64,000 nt of DNA from Myxococcales bacterium. Lineage in GTDB: Bacteria; Myxococcota; UBA727; GCA-2721815. Location of the stretch: contig PBLQ01000001.1 in assembly GCA_002721815.1 (NCBI GenBank), forward strand, positions 288,317 through 352,316, given 5' to 3'. The notes below the pieces were generated by a model that worked only from the letters and a program-made list of their open reading frames with translations, did no database searches and had not been told where the DNA came from. The translations under genes and the position numbers were made by a program. Below, piece after piece: positions 18,554-28,300 of the stretch (positions are counted from its first letter, which is position 1; every line of letters begins with the position of its first letter).

Positions 18554-19939
18554 ATGAACTGTTTAAAAACAACCCCAACGCTCTTACTGTTTTCATTCTT
18601 TTTCGCCAACGCTTCTTTCGCTGAAGATATTCTTACCTCGAAGACCGTCAAATGCTGGGAAGCAGCCATTTACGATAAAGATGGAGATGGATTTGCCAAC
18701 TCTGAAACAGGAACTGCCGATATTGCCTACATAGGAGGCGCTGAAAACCGTGAAACCTTCACGGTACTGACTGTGAGCTACAGCGAAAGTATTCCATCTG
18801 AATATGATCCTATTTTAACTCTTCTTCGTCTCGTTAGAGATCAAGATAAAATGACATGCCCCACAGGCTGGGTACGGTCGAGAGGGGACTGCAATGACGA
18901 CCCCGATGAGGGCGGCGCTGATGTGTTTCCTCGACGCAATGAAGTCTACGGCAATGGCCGGGACGACAACTGCAATGATCTGGTGGATGAGCCCGACCTC
19001 ATCTACTCGCCGAGCGGCCATAACAATCAAACCAACAAGTTTGATATTCCATTTTTCATTAATGACCCTGAGATAAAAAATGTGAAAGCGAACCCCTGGG
19101 TATCTCTTAAAGTCGAAGTCGAATACCAAAAACTTTCAAACACCAACCCTGAAACCTCATTCTCCTCCGGCTTAAAGAGCCTTAAATCATATGTGGCCTT
19201 TGGTTCAATCACATACGGAAAAGTGGAGCTGGACAATTTAGACCCCACCACTGTTTATCGTGCCCGTGTTCAATTTTATAAAACATCCCGTCGACGTGTA
19301 GGGGGTCTACCTATCAAAGTTGGCCACCCTTCGAACTGGTACTACTCCACCACCGATGGGCAATCTTCTATCAGCAAAGCCCGCACCAAAGCATTACTTC
19401 AGGGCTTTTATCAGTACTATGAAGGCAACCATCGTGGGTTAGTGGGGTATAAAGGTGCAGAAGATATAGATGGCACGCGCTACGGAGCCGATCAAGGCGA
19501 AGCATGGTGCTCAGAATTTTACAGCTGGGTCACTGATCACACTTTAGCAGGCATGGGGCACCGGAATAATGTTTCCAAAATGATGGACTATTTTAACGAG
19601 CATGATGCTGGTATTTATAACCCCACCAACTACCAAGTAAAAAACAAGATTAAACGCGGTGATTACCTCGGTGAAGACACCACAGGTGATGATGACAAGA
19701 ACCACTCTGCCATGTTCTTGGATTACGACACCTACCGCAATGTCATTTGGACCTTAGATGGCAACTCGGTCGGTTACAACGAAGAACCTGGCCTGGATAT
19801 CAGAAGTCGTGCGGCAGGCAATGAGGCAACCATTCGCGTGCGGCCAGTCACTTATGAAGTTAAGGACGAAGATGACGTTGTCACCACCTACTCAACCGTT
19901 CGCTACTGGGGACGCTTCGGCAAGAGCCCCCTTAAATAA
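18554..19939 (+). CDS. Secreted protein with a MopE-like Cys-rich putative metal-binding motif, the conserved family module, and a C-terminal putative papain-fold (CHAP/NlpC-P60-like) Cys-His hydrolase domain
   Basis: RBS gagga at 18544-18548, ATG at 18554. Signal peptide MNCLKTTPTLLLFSFFFANASFA. MTCPTGWVRSRGDCNDDPDEGGADVFPRRNEVYGNGRDDNCNDLVDEPD is MopE-like. C-terminal GADQGEAWCSEFYSWV (candidate nucleophile Cys), then ...KNHSAMFLDYD (His), then ...WTLDGNS (polar third residue). Spacing matches the CHAP/NlpC Cys-His-(Asn/Glu/Asp) layout. Confidence 0.6.
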   Translation: MNCLKTTPTLLLFSFFFANASFAEDILTSKTVKCWEAAIYDKDGDGFANSETGTADIAYIGGAENRETFTVLTVSYSESIPSEYDPILTLLRLVRDQDKMTCPTGWVRSRGDCNDDPDEGGADVFPRRNEVYGNGRDDNCNDLVDEPDLIYSPSGHNNQTNKFDIPFFINDPEIKNVKANPWVSLKVEVEYQKLSNTNPETSFSSGLKSLKSYVAFGSITYGKVELDNLDPTTVYRARVQFYKTSRRRVGGLPIKVGHPSNWYYSTTDGQSSISKARTKALLQGFYQYYEGNHRGLVGYKGAEDIDGTRYGADQGEAWCSEFYSWVTDHTLAGMGHRNNVSKMMDYFNEHDAGIYNPTNYQVKNKIKRGDYLGEDTTGDDDKNHSAMFLDYDTYRNVIWTLDGNSVGYNEEPGLDIRSRAAGNEATIRVRPVTYEVKDEDDVVTTYSTVRYWGRFGKSPLK

Positions 19940-19951
19940 ATCCCGCCGCTC

Positions 19952-19979
19952 AAGAAGGCCTCACTTTCGAGGCCTTCTT
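19952..19979 (+). terminator. Candidate intrinsic terminator hairpin downstream of the 18554..19939 gene
   Basis: aagaaggcctc-actttc-gaggccttctt: an 11-bp perfect stem with a 6-nt loop, beginning 13 nt after the TAA stop. The T-tract is weak (tt within the stem, then g). Confidence 0.45.
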
Positions 19980-20005
19980 GCTCATTGATCACCTCCACCT
20001 TTGGG

Positions 20006-21424
20006 ATGAAACACATGGCTAAAACATCTTTCAAATCTTTTTACCTCACAGTCGCTGTGCTCTTTCTTGGGGCCCCCTCAGTGGCTTTGGCCGACTGCTA
20101 CGACCGAGGTGACTGCGAAACCATTAACTGTTGGAATGCGGCTGAATTCGATAAAGATGGCGATGGTTACGCTTATGTGGGGTACGCTTACAGTGAATAT
20201 ATTGATGACGGTTTCGGTGATGATTTTGCTGACTTGGGCGATCGAGAGACATTCACCATCATCGAAAACGATGAACTGCCAGGTTGGACAGATTATGGTT
20301 TGTCTTTTTTTCGACTGGTTCGCCGTAAAGATCGCATGACCTGCCCCACCGGCTGGGTCAAAGCCCGCGGTGATTGTAATGACAACGATCCTCATATTCA
20401 CCCGCGCCAATTTGAAGTGCCTTACAATGCGATTGATGACAACTGTAACGGTCTCCAAGATGAGCCCAGCTTTGTCTACAACCCTTCGGGGAACCACAAC
20501 CGGTCCACTGGCTTTGACATGGGCTTTACGGTGAACGACCAAGAGGTGGTCGATGCCATCGAATCACCACTCGTGACCGTAAGAGTCAAAATTACCTACC
20601 AAGACCTTAAAGACACTTCAGCATCACGCACCCAGACCAAAAGTATCAAAAATTATTATTCTTACTGGGGTGATTATAAATATGCAGAGGTCGCACTCAG
20701 CCATCGCACGGCGGTTCGCCCCAACACCGTGTACCGCGCTCGTGTGCAGTTTGAAAAGCGATGGGTCTTCGACACGTCTACCTATACCAACGTGGGTGCC
20801 CCGTCAGACTGGTACTACACCACCACCACCGGATACGGCAAAGTGAATGAAGCAAGAAACCAAATTGTTCTGAAAGCTTTTCACCAATTCTACGAGAGCA
20901 ACCACCACAGTATCATTGGCTACCAGGGCAGCCATAATAAAGATGGAATACGCTATGGTGCAGATGAAGGAGAAAACTGGTGTGCAGAATTTTATGCCTG
21001 GGTAACCCAGTCCATTTTAAACGGAATGGGCCACTCACAGTACGTGAGCGATCTGAGGGCCTATTTCAGTGGCAAACGCGGTGAGATTCTGAACCCCACG
21101 AACAGCCAAATTCAAACCCGCATCAAGCCTGGTGACTTTATTGGTATCGCCACCGATAAATCAGACCCCAATAAAGCCACCCATGCCTCTCTGTTTTTGG
21201 CCTACGACAGTCATTTGGATGCCGTTTGGACCTTGGACGGGAATACCCACGGCTTCAATGAAACGCCAGACATCAATGATAAGAAAAGTCGGCGGGCAAG
21301 CAATGAAGTGTCCGTCCGGGTGCGTGGACTCGATTTTGAATACGATGAACTTGAGGATGGCACCCCGGTTACCACGCCCCTGATCAAAACTTGGGGTAAA
21401 ATCAAATACAATATGGTGAAATAA
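20006..21424 (+). CDS. Secreted paralog of 18554..19939 with a MopE-like Cys-rich motif and a C-terminal putative CHAP/NlpC-like Cys-His hydrolase domain
   Basis: ATG at 20006; the ORF caller's start at 19985 is TTG and lies inside or just after the terminator hairpin. Signal peptide MKHMAKTSFKSFYLTVAVLFLGAPSVALA. MTCPTGWVKARGDCNDNDPHIHPRQFEVPYNAIDDNCNGLQDEP; NTVYRARVQFEK; SDWYYTTTTG. GADEGENWCAEFYAWV...KATHASLFLAYD...WTLDGNTHG matches the neighbour's putative catalytic triad. Confidence 0.6.
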   Translation: MKHMAKTSFKSFYLTVAVLFLGAPSVALADCYDRGDCETINCWNAAEFDKDGDGYAYVGYAYSEYIDDGFGDDFADLGDRETFTIIENDELPGWTDYGLSFFRLVRRKDRMTCPTGWVKARGDCNDNDPHIHPRQFEVPYNAIDDNCNGLQDEPSFVYNPSGNHNRSTGFDMGFTVNDQEVVDAIESPLVTVRVKITYQDLKDTSASRTQTKSIKNYYSYWGDYKYAEVALSHRTAVRPNTVYRARVQFEKRWVFDTSTYTNVGAPSDWYYTTTTGYGKVNEARNQIVLKAFHQFYESNHHSIIGYQGSHNKDGIRYGADEGENWCAEFYAWVTQSILNGMGHSQYVSDLRAYFSGKRGEILNPTNSQIQTRIKPGDFIGIATDKSDPNKATHASLFLAYDSHLDAVWTLDGNTHGFNETPDINDKKSRRASNEVSVRVRGLDFEYDELEDGTPVTTPLIKTWGKIKYNMVK

Positions 21425-21481
21425 ATTCAGTACCTCGCCCTGCCCTTCGAAGGGCCAATAAAGTGTTCCGCCGGCGAATGT

Positions 21482-22633
21482 ATGGTAAACACCAGTGAAG
21501 AAGTTGAGCAAAAATATCTCCCAAGGGCATTGCCTATTTTTTCACGGTTCCCAGAACTCAAAAAAATACTGATTTACTGGGCCCTGTCCCGGTTGGTTTT
21601 AACCATCGCTGCGGGCGCTTCTCGTATTTTTTTCGATATACAAAAAGGTCATTTCGGCAATCCTTTCATTGATGCATGGGCCATTTGGGATTCGGGTTGG
21701 TACCTCAACATTGCTGAAAATGGTTATTCAGCTCATACCTCCGAACGCGGGCAAGCTTCGTATGCCTTTTTTCCACTTTACGCTTGGTTGATTCGGTGCT
21801 TGGGCTTTGTCCTGCAAAACGATGTTATTGCCGGCGTCGTGATTTCAAACATATCGTTTATTGTCGCTTGCTTTGCGTTCTATCGCTGGGCACGTCTAGA
21901 ACACGACGATGCCACGAGTGAAACCATGCTCATCACATTGGTGATGTTTCCTGCTTCATTTATTTTCACCGCGGTGATGACTGAGGGCCTTTTTGTGGCC
22001 TTAGCCATTATGTGTTTGCTGGCAGCACGGAAGGGATTTTGGGGATGGGCTGCGCTTTGTGCTTTGGCAGCGGTGCTCACCCGATCTATGGGCGTTTTTT
22101 TGGTGGTACCATTGGCGTACGAAATCATTCGCAAGCATCGTTCCATCATCGTTCCTCAAGTGTTGTGGTTGGGCATCCCACCTTTGGGGTGGGTGATCGT
22201 GGGCATCATTAATTACCAAGCCGCCGGCGATGCTTTTGCATGGGTGGAAATTCAAAAACAAGCCTGGCAGCACGTGAGCACCTTCCCACTCTCGGTGATT
22301 TGGGATGGTTTTTTCACCCCTGAGGAGCCTGCTTTCGCATTTAATTCGGCTTACAGCCTGGTGGTGGGCCTGTTGATCGTCGTGAGCTTCAAATACTTAC
22401 GGCTGGGTGATTATGGTTTGTCGTTGATCTTTTTCTTTTTGCCCCTTTGCTCGGGCATCGTCACCTTGTATTCCATGGTGCGTTACAGCGCGGTGGTTTT
22501 CCCGCTCTTTATTTTGATCGGGATTTTTCTGCATGCGCGACCGAAATATAAAATTGGCATTTGGGTTTTGTGTGGCGGCCTGCAAGTGCTATTCATGATT
22601 CTCTGGTCCACAGGCTCGTATTTCATCATCTGA
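21482..22633 (+). CDS. Polytopic GT-C-type membrane glycosyltransferase, PIG-V/Gpi18-like (Mannosyl_trans2-like) family
   Basis: About 10 predicted TM helices. The N-terminal luminal/periplasmic loop motif DAWAIWDSGWYLNIAENGY...QASYAFFPLYAWLIR resembles the WDSxHYLxIAxxGY signature of PIG-V-type mannosyltransferases. Family call is from recalled motifs only. Confidence 0.5.
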   Translation: MVNTSEEVEQKYLPRALPIFSRFPELKKILIYWALSRLVLTIAAGASRIFFDIQKGHFGNPFIDAWAIWDSGWYLNIAENGYSAHTSERGQASYAFFPLYAWLIRCLGFVLQNDVIAGVVISNISFIVACFAFYRWARLEHDDATSETMLITLVMFPASFIFTAVMTEGLFVALAIMCLLAARKGFWGWAALCALAAVLTRSMGVFLVVPLAYEIIRKHRSIIVPQVLWLGIPPLGWVIVGIINYQAAGDAFAWVEIQKQAWQHVSTFPLSVIWDGFFTPEEPAFAFNSAYSLVVGLLIVVSFKYLRLGDYGLSLIFFFLPLCSGIVTLYSMVRYSAVVFPLFILIGIFLHARPKYKIGIWVLCGGLQVLFMILWSTGSYFII

Positions 22634-22634
22634 T

Positions 22635-24155
22635 ATGTTCGGCTCAAACAAAGTTATCACCTTCATTTTCTTTGGCACGCTCGGCTTGGCCCTGCTGCTC
22701 ATGGCACGTGATGCGCCCGGTTTGTGCAATGACACTTCGCGTTTGGCCACGGCCGATGCTTTGGTCAATCACGGCACATTGCAAATCGATCACAGCTTTT
22801 TTAAATACACCTGTGACCGCATCCACGTAGATGGCCATTTTTATTCTGACAAGCCGCCGGTGCTTTCCTTATTCTATGCAGCGGGGTTGTGGGGCACGCA
22901 AACCTTGTTAGGCCTGAACCTCGCCAACGACCTGCCTTTGATTTACCAAATTCTGGCTTTCTTTTTTGCCGGCGTGCCTTTTTGTCTCATTGTTTTTTTG
23001 TTGGCACGAGAAAGCGATAAATCACAATGGCCAATGGGCTGGGGCCTGGGCTTGGCACTGCTTTTTGCGAGCACGTCGCAGCTGCTGGTGTATGCCACCG
23101 TCCTCAACAGTCACATAGTGGCCGCCCTGCTTTTGTTGTCCGCTTGGGTTTTTTATCGCGACAATAAACGTCCGTTTTACACTGCATTGTTTTTGGGCCT
23201 CGCGCTGGTCATCGACCCTTTGAGCCTGAGCTTTGGCTTGGTGTGGGCGGCTTTTGAACACAAAAAACTGTTGCGTCAAAACACCTGGGTGCCCACGCTC
23301 GTGGGCTTGGGGCTGCCCATCCTGCTGCATGGCGTTTTGTGCTTTGTCATTGCAGGCAACCCCGTGGCGCTCAATTTAAACCCAGACCATTTTGCTTTCG
23401 CCGGTGCCACACACACCACCGCCACCCTCACCGGGGTGGGCCTAAAACATGAATCTTTCATGGCCCTGCTCACCTACGGCTACCACAGCGTTTTTGGGGA
23501 CCACGGATTTTTCATTTACAACTTGGTCGCCCTGTGTGGCGTGTGGGCCATGGTGCGGGTTCATGGGCTGGTGCAAACCTCTACGCGAATTGTGTTGCTG
23601 TCTTTTGCGGCCTTTTTGTGCCTGACCATTTTCTTTAGCACCAATCATTCGGGGGATGCCTTTGGCAACCGGTGGCATGTTTTGTTCGTGCCACTTTTGT
23701 TGGTCTCATGTTTTCAAATCAGCGCCCATGAACTGCGGGCTTCTCATGTTCGAGCGCCCATCGTTGCGCTGTTTCTGATTTGGGGTGGCTATATGACCTG
23801 GGTGGGACTGCATAACCCATGGACCCCCAATTTAGGGGCCGGTCATTCCTTTTGGGCCCAACAAACCGATGCCCCGCCTTACGATGCATACGAACTCACC
23901 AAAGCCAAAGTGTTTCTGCAGATAGGTCACCCCCATGAAGCCCGGGCCCAAGGCGAACTGGCCCTCCATCGCAATCCCAATCACCCCGAAGCATGGGGGG
24001 TGGTGGTGACATCGGCCATTCATCGCCAAGACCGGTCGCGGCTCGAAAAATACAGCAAAGAAATCAATCTCTTACCTTTGCCTGAACCTTTTAAATCAGA
24101 AATACTGGCCGCCATTCGTCAAACCCTGAACGGCGGAGTGCCAAGCGCCCCATAA
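22635..24155 (+). CDS. Polytopic GT-C membrane glycosyltransferase of the ArnT/PMT (GT39/GT83-like) family with a C-terminal TPR-like soluble tail
   Basis: Begins 2 nt after the previous stop, so an operon is likely. The first loop carries the acidic motif and DKPP(L) signature (DTSRLATADALVNHGTLQIDHSFFKYTCDRIHVDGHFYSDKPPVLSLFY), characteristic of ArnT/PMT-type lipid-carrier-dependent glycosyltransferases. At least 11 hydrophobic helices. The C-terminus reads ...KAKVFLQIGHPHEARAQGELALHRNPNHPEAW. Confidence 0.6.
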   Translation: MFGSNKVITFIFFGTLGLALLLMARDAPGLCNDTSRLATADALVNHGTLQIDHSFFKYTCDRIHVDGHFYSDKPPVLSLFYAAGLWGTQTLLGLNLANDLPLIYQILAFFFAGVPFCLIVFLLARESDKSQWPMGWGLGLALLFASTSQLLVYATVLNSHIVAALLLLSAWVFYRDNKRPFYTALFLGLALVIDPLSLSFGLVWAAFEHKKLLRQNTWVPTLVGLGLPILLHGVLCFVIAGNPVALNLNPDHFAFAGATHTTATLTGVGLKHESFMALLTYGYHSVFGDHGFFIYNLVALCGVWAMVRVHGLVQTSTRIVLLSFAAFLCLTIFFSTNHSGDAFGNRWHVLFVPLLLVSCFQISAHELRASHVRAPIVALFLIWGGYMTWVGLHNPWTPNLGAGHSFWAQQTDAPPYDAYELTKAKVFLQIGHPHEARAQGELALHRNPNHPEAWGVVVTSAIHRQDRSRLEKYSKEINLLPLPEPFKSEILAAIRQTLNGGVPSAP

Positions 24156-24271
24156 AAACCCACGGGCCGGCTGATCTCATCCGCATTTATTGTCATGTTT
24201 TGATTTGCGAAAAGGTGCATTTTAAATAACAATATGCACCATCATACAGCTATTTTTCTTGGAATTAGAAC

Positions 24272-25321
24272 ATGCTTCGCGGGTTTATTTTTGTTGTCAT
24301 TTTGGGGCTCAGCCTCAGCCCAAGCCAGTCTTTGGCTGCAGAGGGCCAATCAGAAGCCAAAGCCGAAGCTGGCGCAGAAGCCAAAGCCGAAACTGGCGCA
24401 GAGGCCAAAGCCAAAGCTGGCCCAGAGGCCAAAGCCGAAACTGGCGCAGAGGCCAAAGCCAAAGCTGGCCCAGAGGCCAAAGCCGAAGCTGGCGCAGAGG
24501 CCCAAACTGAACCAGAAGATGAGGGCCCCATTAAAGTTCTGCTCTTGGATCCCAAAATCCTCAATCTCGATGAAAAAACCGCCAAGCTCATCAGCAGCTT
24601 CATCACCGCTGAGCTGTCACAGCACCCAACCTTAGACATCATCTCCGGGGAAGACATGCGACGCATGATGGAGCTGGAAGCCGAAAAACAAACCGTGGGC
24701 TGCGATGATAACAACAACTGTCTGGCCGAATTGGCCGGCGCGTTGGGGGCCGATTTGGTCATCTACGGCGAACTGGGCAAATTGGGCAATCAATACATGC
24801 TCCAGCAAAGTTTGTTCAACACCAAAGCCGGTAAAGCCATGGCGCGTATTTCGGTGCAAAGCGAATCGGTGGATTCGATTCCCGGACAGCTCAGGCCCAA
24901 ACTGAGATACCTGGTCAAAGATTTTCTCCCTGAAGATGCTTCCGACGGGGGCCATGCCGTTGCCGTACAACCCACAGCACCAGCGGCACCTGACCCCGTA
25001 AAAGCGAAACCGATTCCTCTGACCTCTTGGGTGCTCTATGGCAGCGGTGGGCTCGGGCTGATTGCGGGCAGTGTAATGACGTATTTGGGAAGCCAATCAC
25101 TGACCGCTTTTGATGAAGCAAATAAAATATACGAAGAGTCCCTCAGTTCCGGTCAGGAAGATCCAGAATTTCTAACCAAGATGGGCGCTAAAGAAGATGC
25201 CGAAGAAAATTGGAATGCCCTGGGACAGTCTCTGCTTTGGGGAGGCGTCGGAACCATCACTTTGAGCGCTGTGCTCACCTTGGCCGGTCTTTATATCCAT
25301 CAAGAAGCTCATTCAGAATAA
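24272..25321 (+). CDS. Secreted/membrane-anchored hypothetical protein with an N-terminal Ala/Glu/Lys-rich tandem repeat and C-terminal hydrophobic segments
   Basis: Signal peptide MLRGFIFVVILGLSLSPSQSLA. Repeats AEAKAE(T/A)GAEAKAKAGPEAKAE. Central globular region with a CDDNNNC pair. TM-like segments IPLTSWVLYGSGGLGLIAGSVMTYLG and LLWGGVGTITLSAVLTLAGLYI. Confidence 0.6.
   Translation: MLRGFIFVVILGLSLSPSQSLAAEGQSEAKAEAGAEAKAETGAEAKAKAGPEAKAETGAEAKAKAGPEAKAEAGAEAQTEPEDEGPIKVLLLDPKILNLDEKTAKLISSFITAELSQHPTLDIISGEDMRRMMELEAEKQTVGCDDNNNCLAELAGALGADLVIYGELGKLGNQYMLQQSLFNTKAGKAMARISVQSESVDSIPGQLRPKLRYLVKDFLPEDASDGGHAVAVQPTAPAAPDPVKAKPIPLTSWVLYGSGGLGLIAGSVMTYLGSQSLTAFDEANKIYEESLSSGQEDPEFLTKMGAKEDAEENWNALGQSLLWGGVGTITLSAVLTLAGLYIHQEAHSE
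24340..24510 (+). repeat. In-frame tandem nucleotide repeat (about 30/60-nt units) encoding (AEAKAExGAEAKAKAGPE)n
   Basis: gccaaagccgaa(g/a)ctggcgcagaggccaaagccaaagctggcccagaggcc repeated with few substitutions. Confidence 0.8.
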
Positions 25322-25340
25322 ATCGTCTTAGGAGAACTCA

Positions 25341-28300
25341 ATGCGCAGATTCCATACCCGGCCCATGATTTTCATGGCCTTCTTTTTGTTCGCCTTGACA
25401 TCAGGCTGCACCATCTCCTCCAACGACGCAGGCAACACGGGTGGTGGTGATGACAACCAAAGCTTTAAAACCGTGCTGGGGTGCGACGATAAAGCCACGG
25501 TGGTCGAGCAAGGTGAACTGCTGGTTTGCCAATGCCCCACTGGTTACACCGATGTGGCAGGTGATGGCTCTCTGTGCGAAGAAACCAATGAATGCGAAGA
25601 CGAACTGCTCAACACCTGTCATTCAGACGCCACCTGCACCAACACCGATGGCAGTTTTGAATGTTCGTGTAATGCGGGCTTTGACGGTGACGGTCTTGAA
25701 TGCACCGATATCGATGAATGCACTTTAGGTTCAGACACCTGTGACGACCATGCCGACTGCGCCAATACAGCGGGTAGTTTTACTTGTACCTGTAAAGACG
25801 GCTGGGAAGGCGATGGGGAAACTTGTAACGATATTAATGAGTGTGCCAATGCCGACAGCAACAATTGCGATGTGAATGCCACCTGTACCAACATCGATGC
25901 CTCCTACACCTGTGAATGCAACACAGGGTTCCTGGGCAATGGCGAAAGCTGTACCGACATTAACGAATGCGATGATGACGAACTCAACGAATGCGATGTG
26001 AATGCCATTTGTACCAATACGCCCGGTGCTTACACCTGCGAATGTAAAGATGGCTATAACGACGAAGGCAACCAAGGCTTTGCTTGTTCCGCTATATCTT
26101 GTAACCCCATCGATCAGCCGGCCAATGGGACTTTAAATTGTGTTGGAAGTAATTACTATGGCGACATATGTGCAGTCACTTGCGGCAACGGCTATAATCT
26201 CAATGGTCCCATAGAACGTACTTGTCAGGCCAACGGTTTGTGGAGTGGCAACGATAATTCTTGCGTGCCCGCCAACTGTGGCGAGGTGATTATTGAAAAT
26301 GGAACCATGACCTGTCCTGCCGGTGGCACCACCTATCCGAATACTTGTACGGTCTCCTGTAACAACGGGCATAACCTCGCCGGCGTTAACTCCCTGATGT
26401 GCACTGCCAATGGCACCTGGGGCAATACGGCCCCCACCTGTAACCCGGTGAGCTGTCTGGCGACCAATCTTCCAGCACCTCCTTTTGGCTCAAAGCAATG
26501 CCCCAACGGCTCTACCTTTGGCAACAGTTGTACATTTACGTGCCAAGAGGGTTATACCCTCAGCAACGACACCCCCATCACTTGCTACGCCGATGGCAAC
26601 TGGAGTGCTTCAGCGCCTTCCTGCATTCCTGCCAGCTGTCCCACCCTCAGTGCTATCAGCGACGGGACCATTTCACTCTCCGATGGCACGGGCACCTTTG
26701 GAGACAGTGCTTCGTATTCATGCGATACGGGTTACCATTTAGAAGTGACTACCTGCACCACAGGCGAACCTAATGACGCTGGCGTCACAGAAGAAGTTTG
26801 TATCGTTACCGAACCCGCCGTGTGGACCCGGGACTGTCAAACCGATGGCACATGGAGCAACCAAGATGCTTCGTGCCAACCTGACCTATGTGACGCACTC
26901 GACACAGTAGCGAATGGAGGCGCTTGGAGCTGCAGTGATGACAATCGCTTTGACAGCACGTGCAGCGTGACCTGTAACACCGGATATGACCTTTCCGGTG
27001 AGGGCAGTCTCACTTGTGGTGTTGATGGCTGGAGTGGTTCGCCACCCACGTGCGCCCCTAAGGATTGCGGTGTTCTGGAGTCTCCCGCAAACGGCAATAA
27101 GGTATGCTCTAACAGTACAACCTACGGCAGTGAATGTTCTTTTTCATGTGACAACGGTTATGCGCTGAGCAATTCCTCAACCGTGACTTGCCGCGATGAT
27201 GGGACCTGGAGTGATGATCCGCCGACATGTATTCCTGCAAGCTGCCCTACCCTGAGTGCGGTAACCAATGGTGATGTGACACTTACAGGCGCATCTGGCA
27301 CCTTTGGCGTTGAAGCCGATTACACGTGCGACACGGGGTATCACCTCGAAATTACAACCTGCACCGACACTAACGATGGTGAAACATGTGAAACGACCCT
27401 GCCTAATTCTTGGTCAAGACTTTGTGGCGCCGATGGCAACTGGAGCAATCAAGCAGCCACCTGCATGCCTGACTCCTGTGCCGCTCTGCCACAGATTGAT
27501 AACGCCACCGCGTGGGATTGTACCAATGGCGATCTCTTTGACAGTCAATGCAGTCTCACGTGTCTGCTGGGCCACGATCTTTCAGGGGACGCCACACGCT
27601 CCTGTGGGGCTGATGGCTGGAGCGGCGATGCGCCTACGTGTACCCCAAAAGATTGTCAGGCTGTCACCGCACCAGATCACGGTTTTGTGGAACTAGGAGA
27701 GCTTGGCTCGCTTTATGGCGGGGCTGCCACCTACAGTTGCGCTTTGGGTTACAAGCTCATCGCCTATAATGGTGCTTCTGTGGGTTCTGCCACCACTGAA
27801 AGTGCTTGTACCAGCAATGGTGTTTGGTTCCCAGCGGCACCCACTTGCGCCGTGCAAACCTGCACCGAGCTCGCCACCCTAACCAACGGTACCCTCTCTT
27901 ATGCCAACCCAGACAACACCACCCACGTGGGCGCAGAGGCAACGTTTGCCTGTGAAGATGGTTATCACCTAGAAGCGGGCGACCAGTCACCCAGCAACTG
28001 GACCATCGAATGCGATGGTACCACCGATGGCAACAATGGCCAATGGAGCGGTGCTGCGGCCACTTGTGAACCCAATGTTTGCGAGCCCTTAGAAACGGTT
28101 AGTAATGGCGTTTGGGATTGTGATCTCAATCAAAATATTTTTGGTGAATCTTGCAGCATCGTCTGCGCAGATGGCTATACCCAGCAAGCGGGAGACGCAA
28201 CGCGCGCCTGCGTTTATGAAAATTTACAAACCAAATGGAGTGGTATTGCACCTTATTGCCAAGGCATTAATGAATGCGAAGCGACCCCCGACGCACTTTA

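Noticed and set aside
24234-24635. Alternative ORFs over the AEAKAE repeat (KPKLAQRPKPKLAQ frame; also minus-strand 24265..24762)
   Set aside because: Other frames of the same tandem repeat. Only the 24272 frame has a signal peptide and continues into a 349-aa protein with TM segments.
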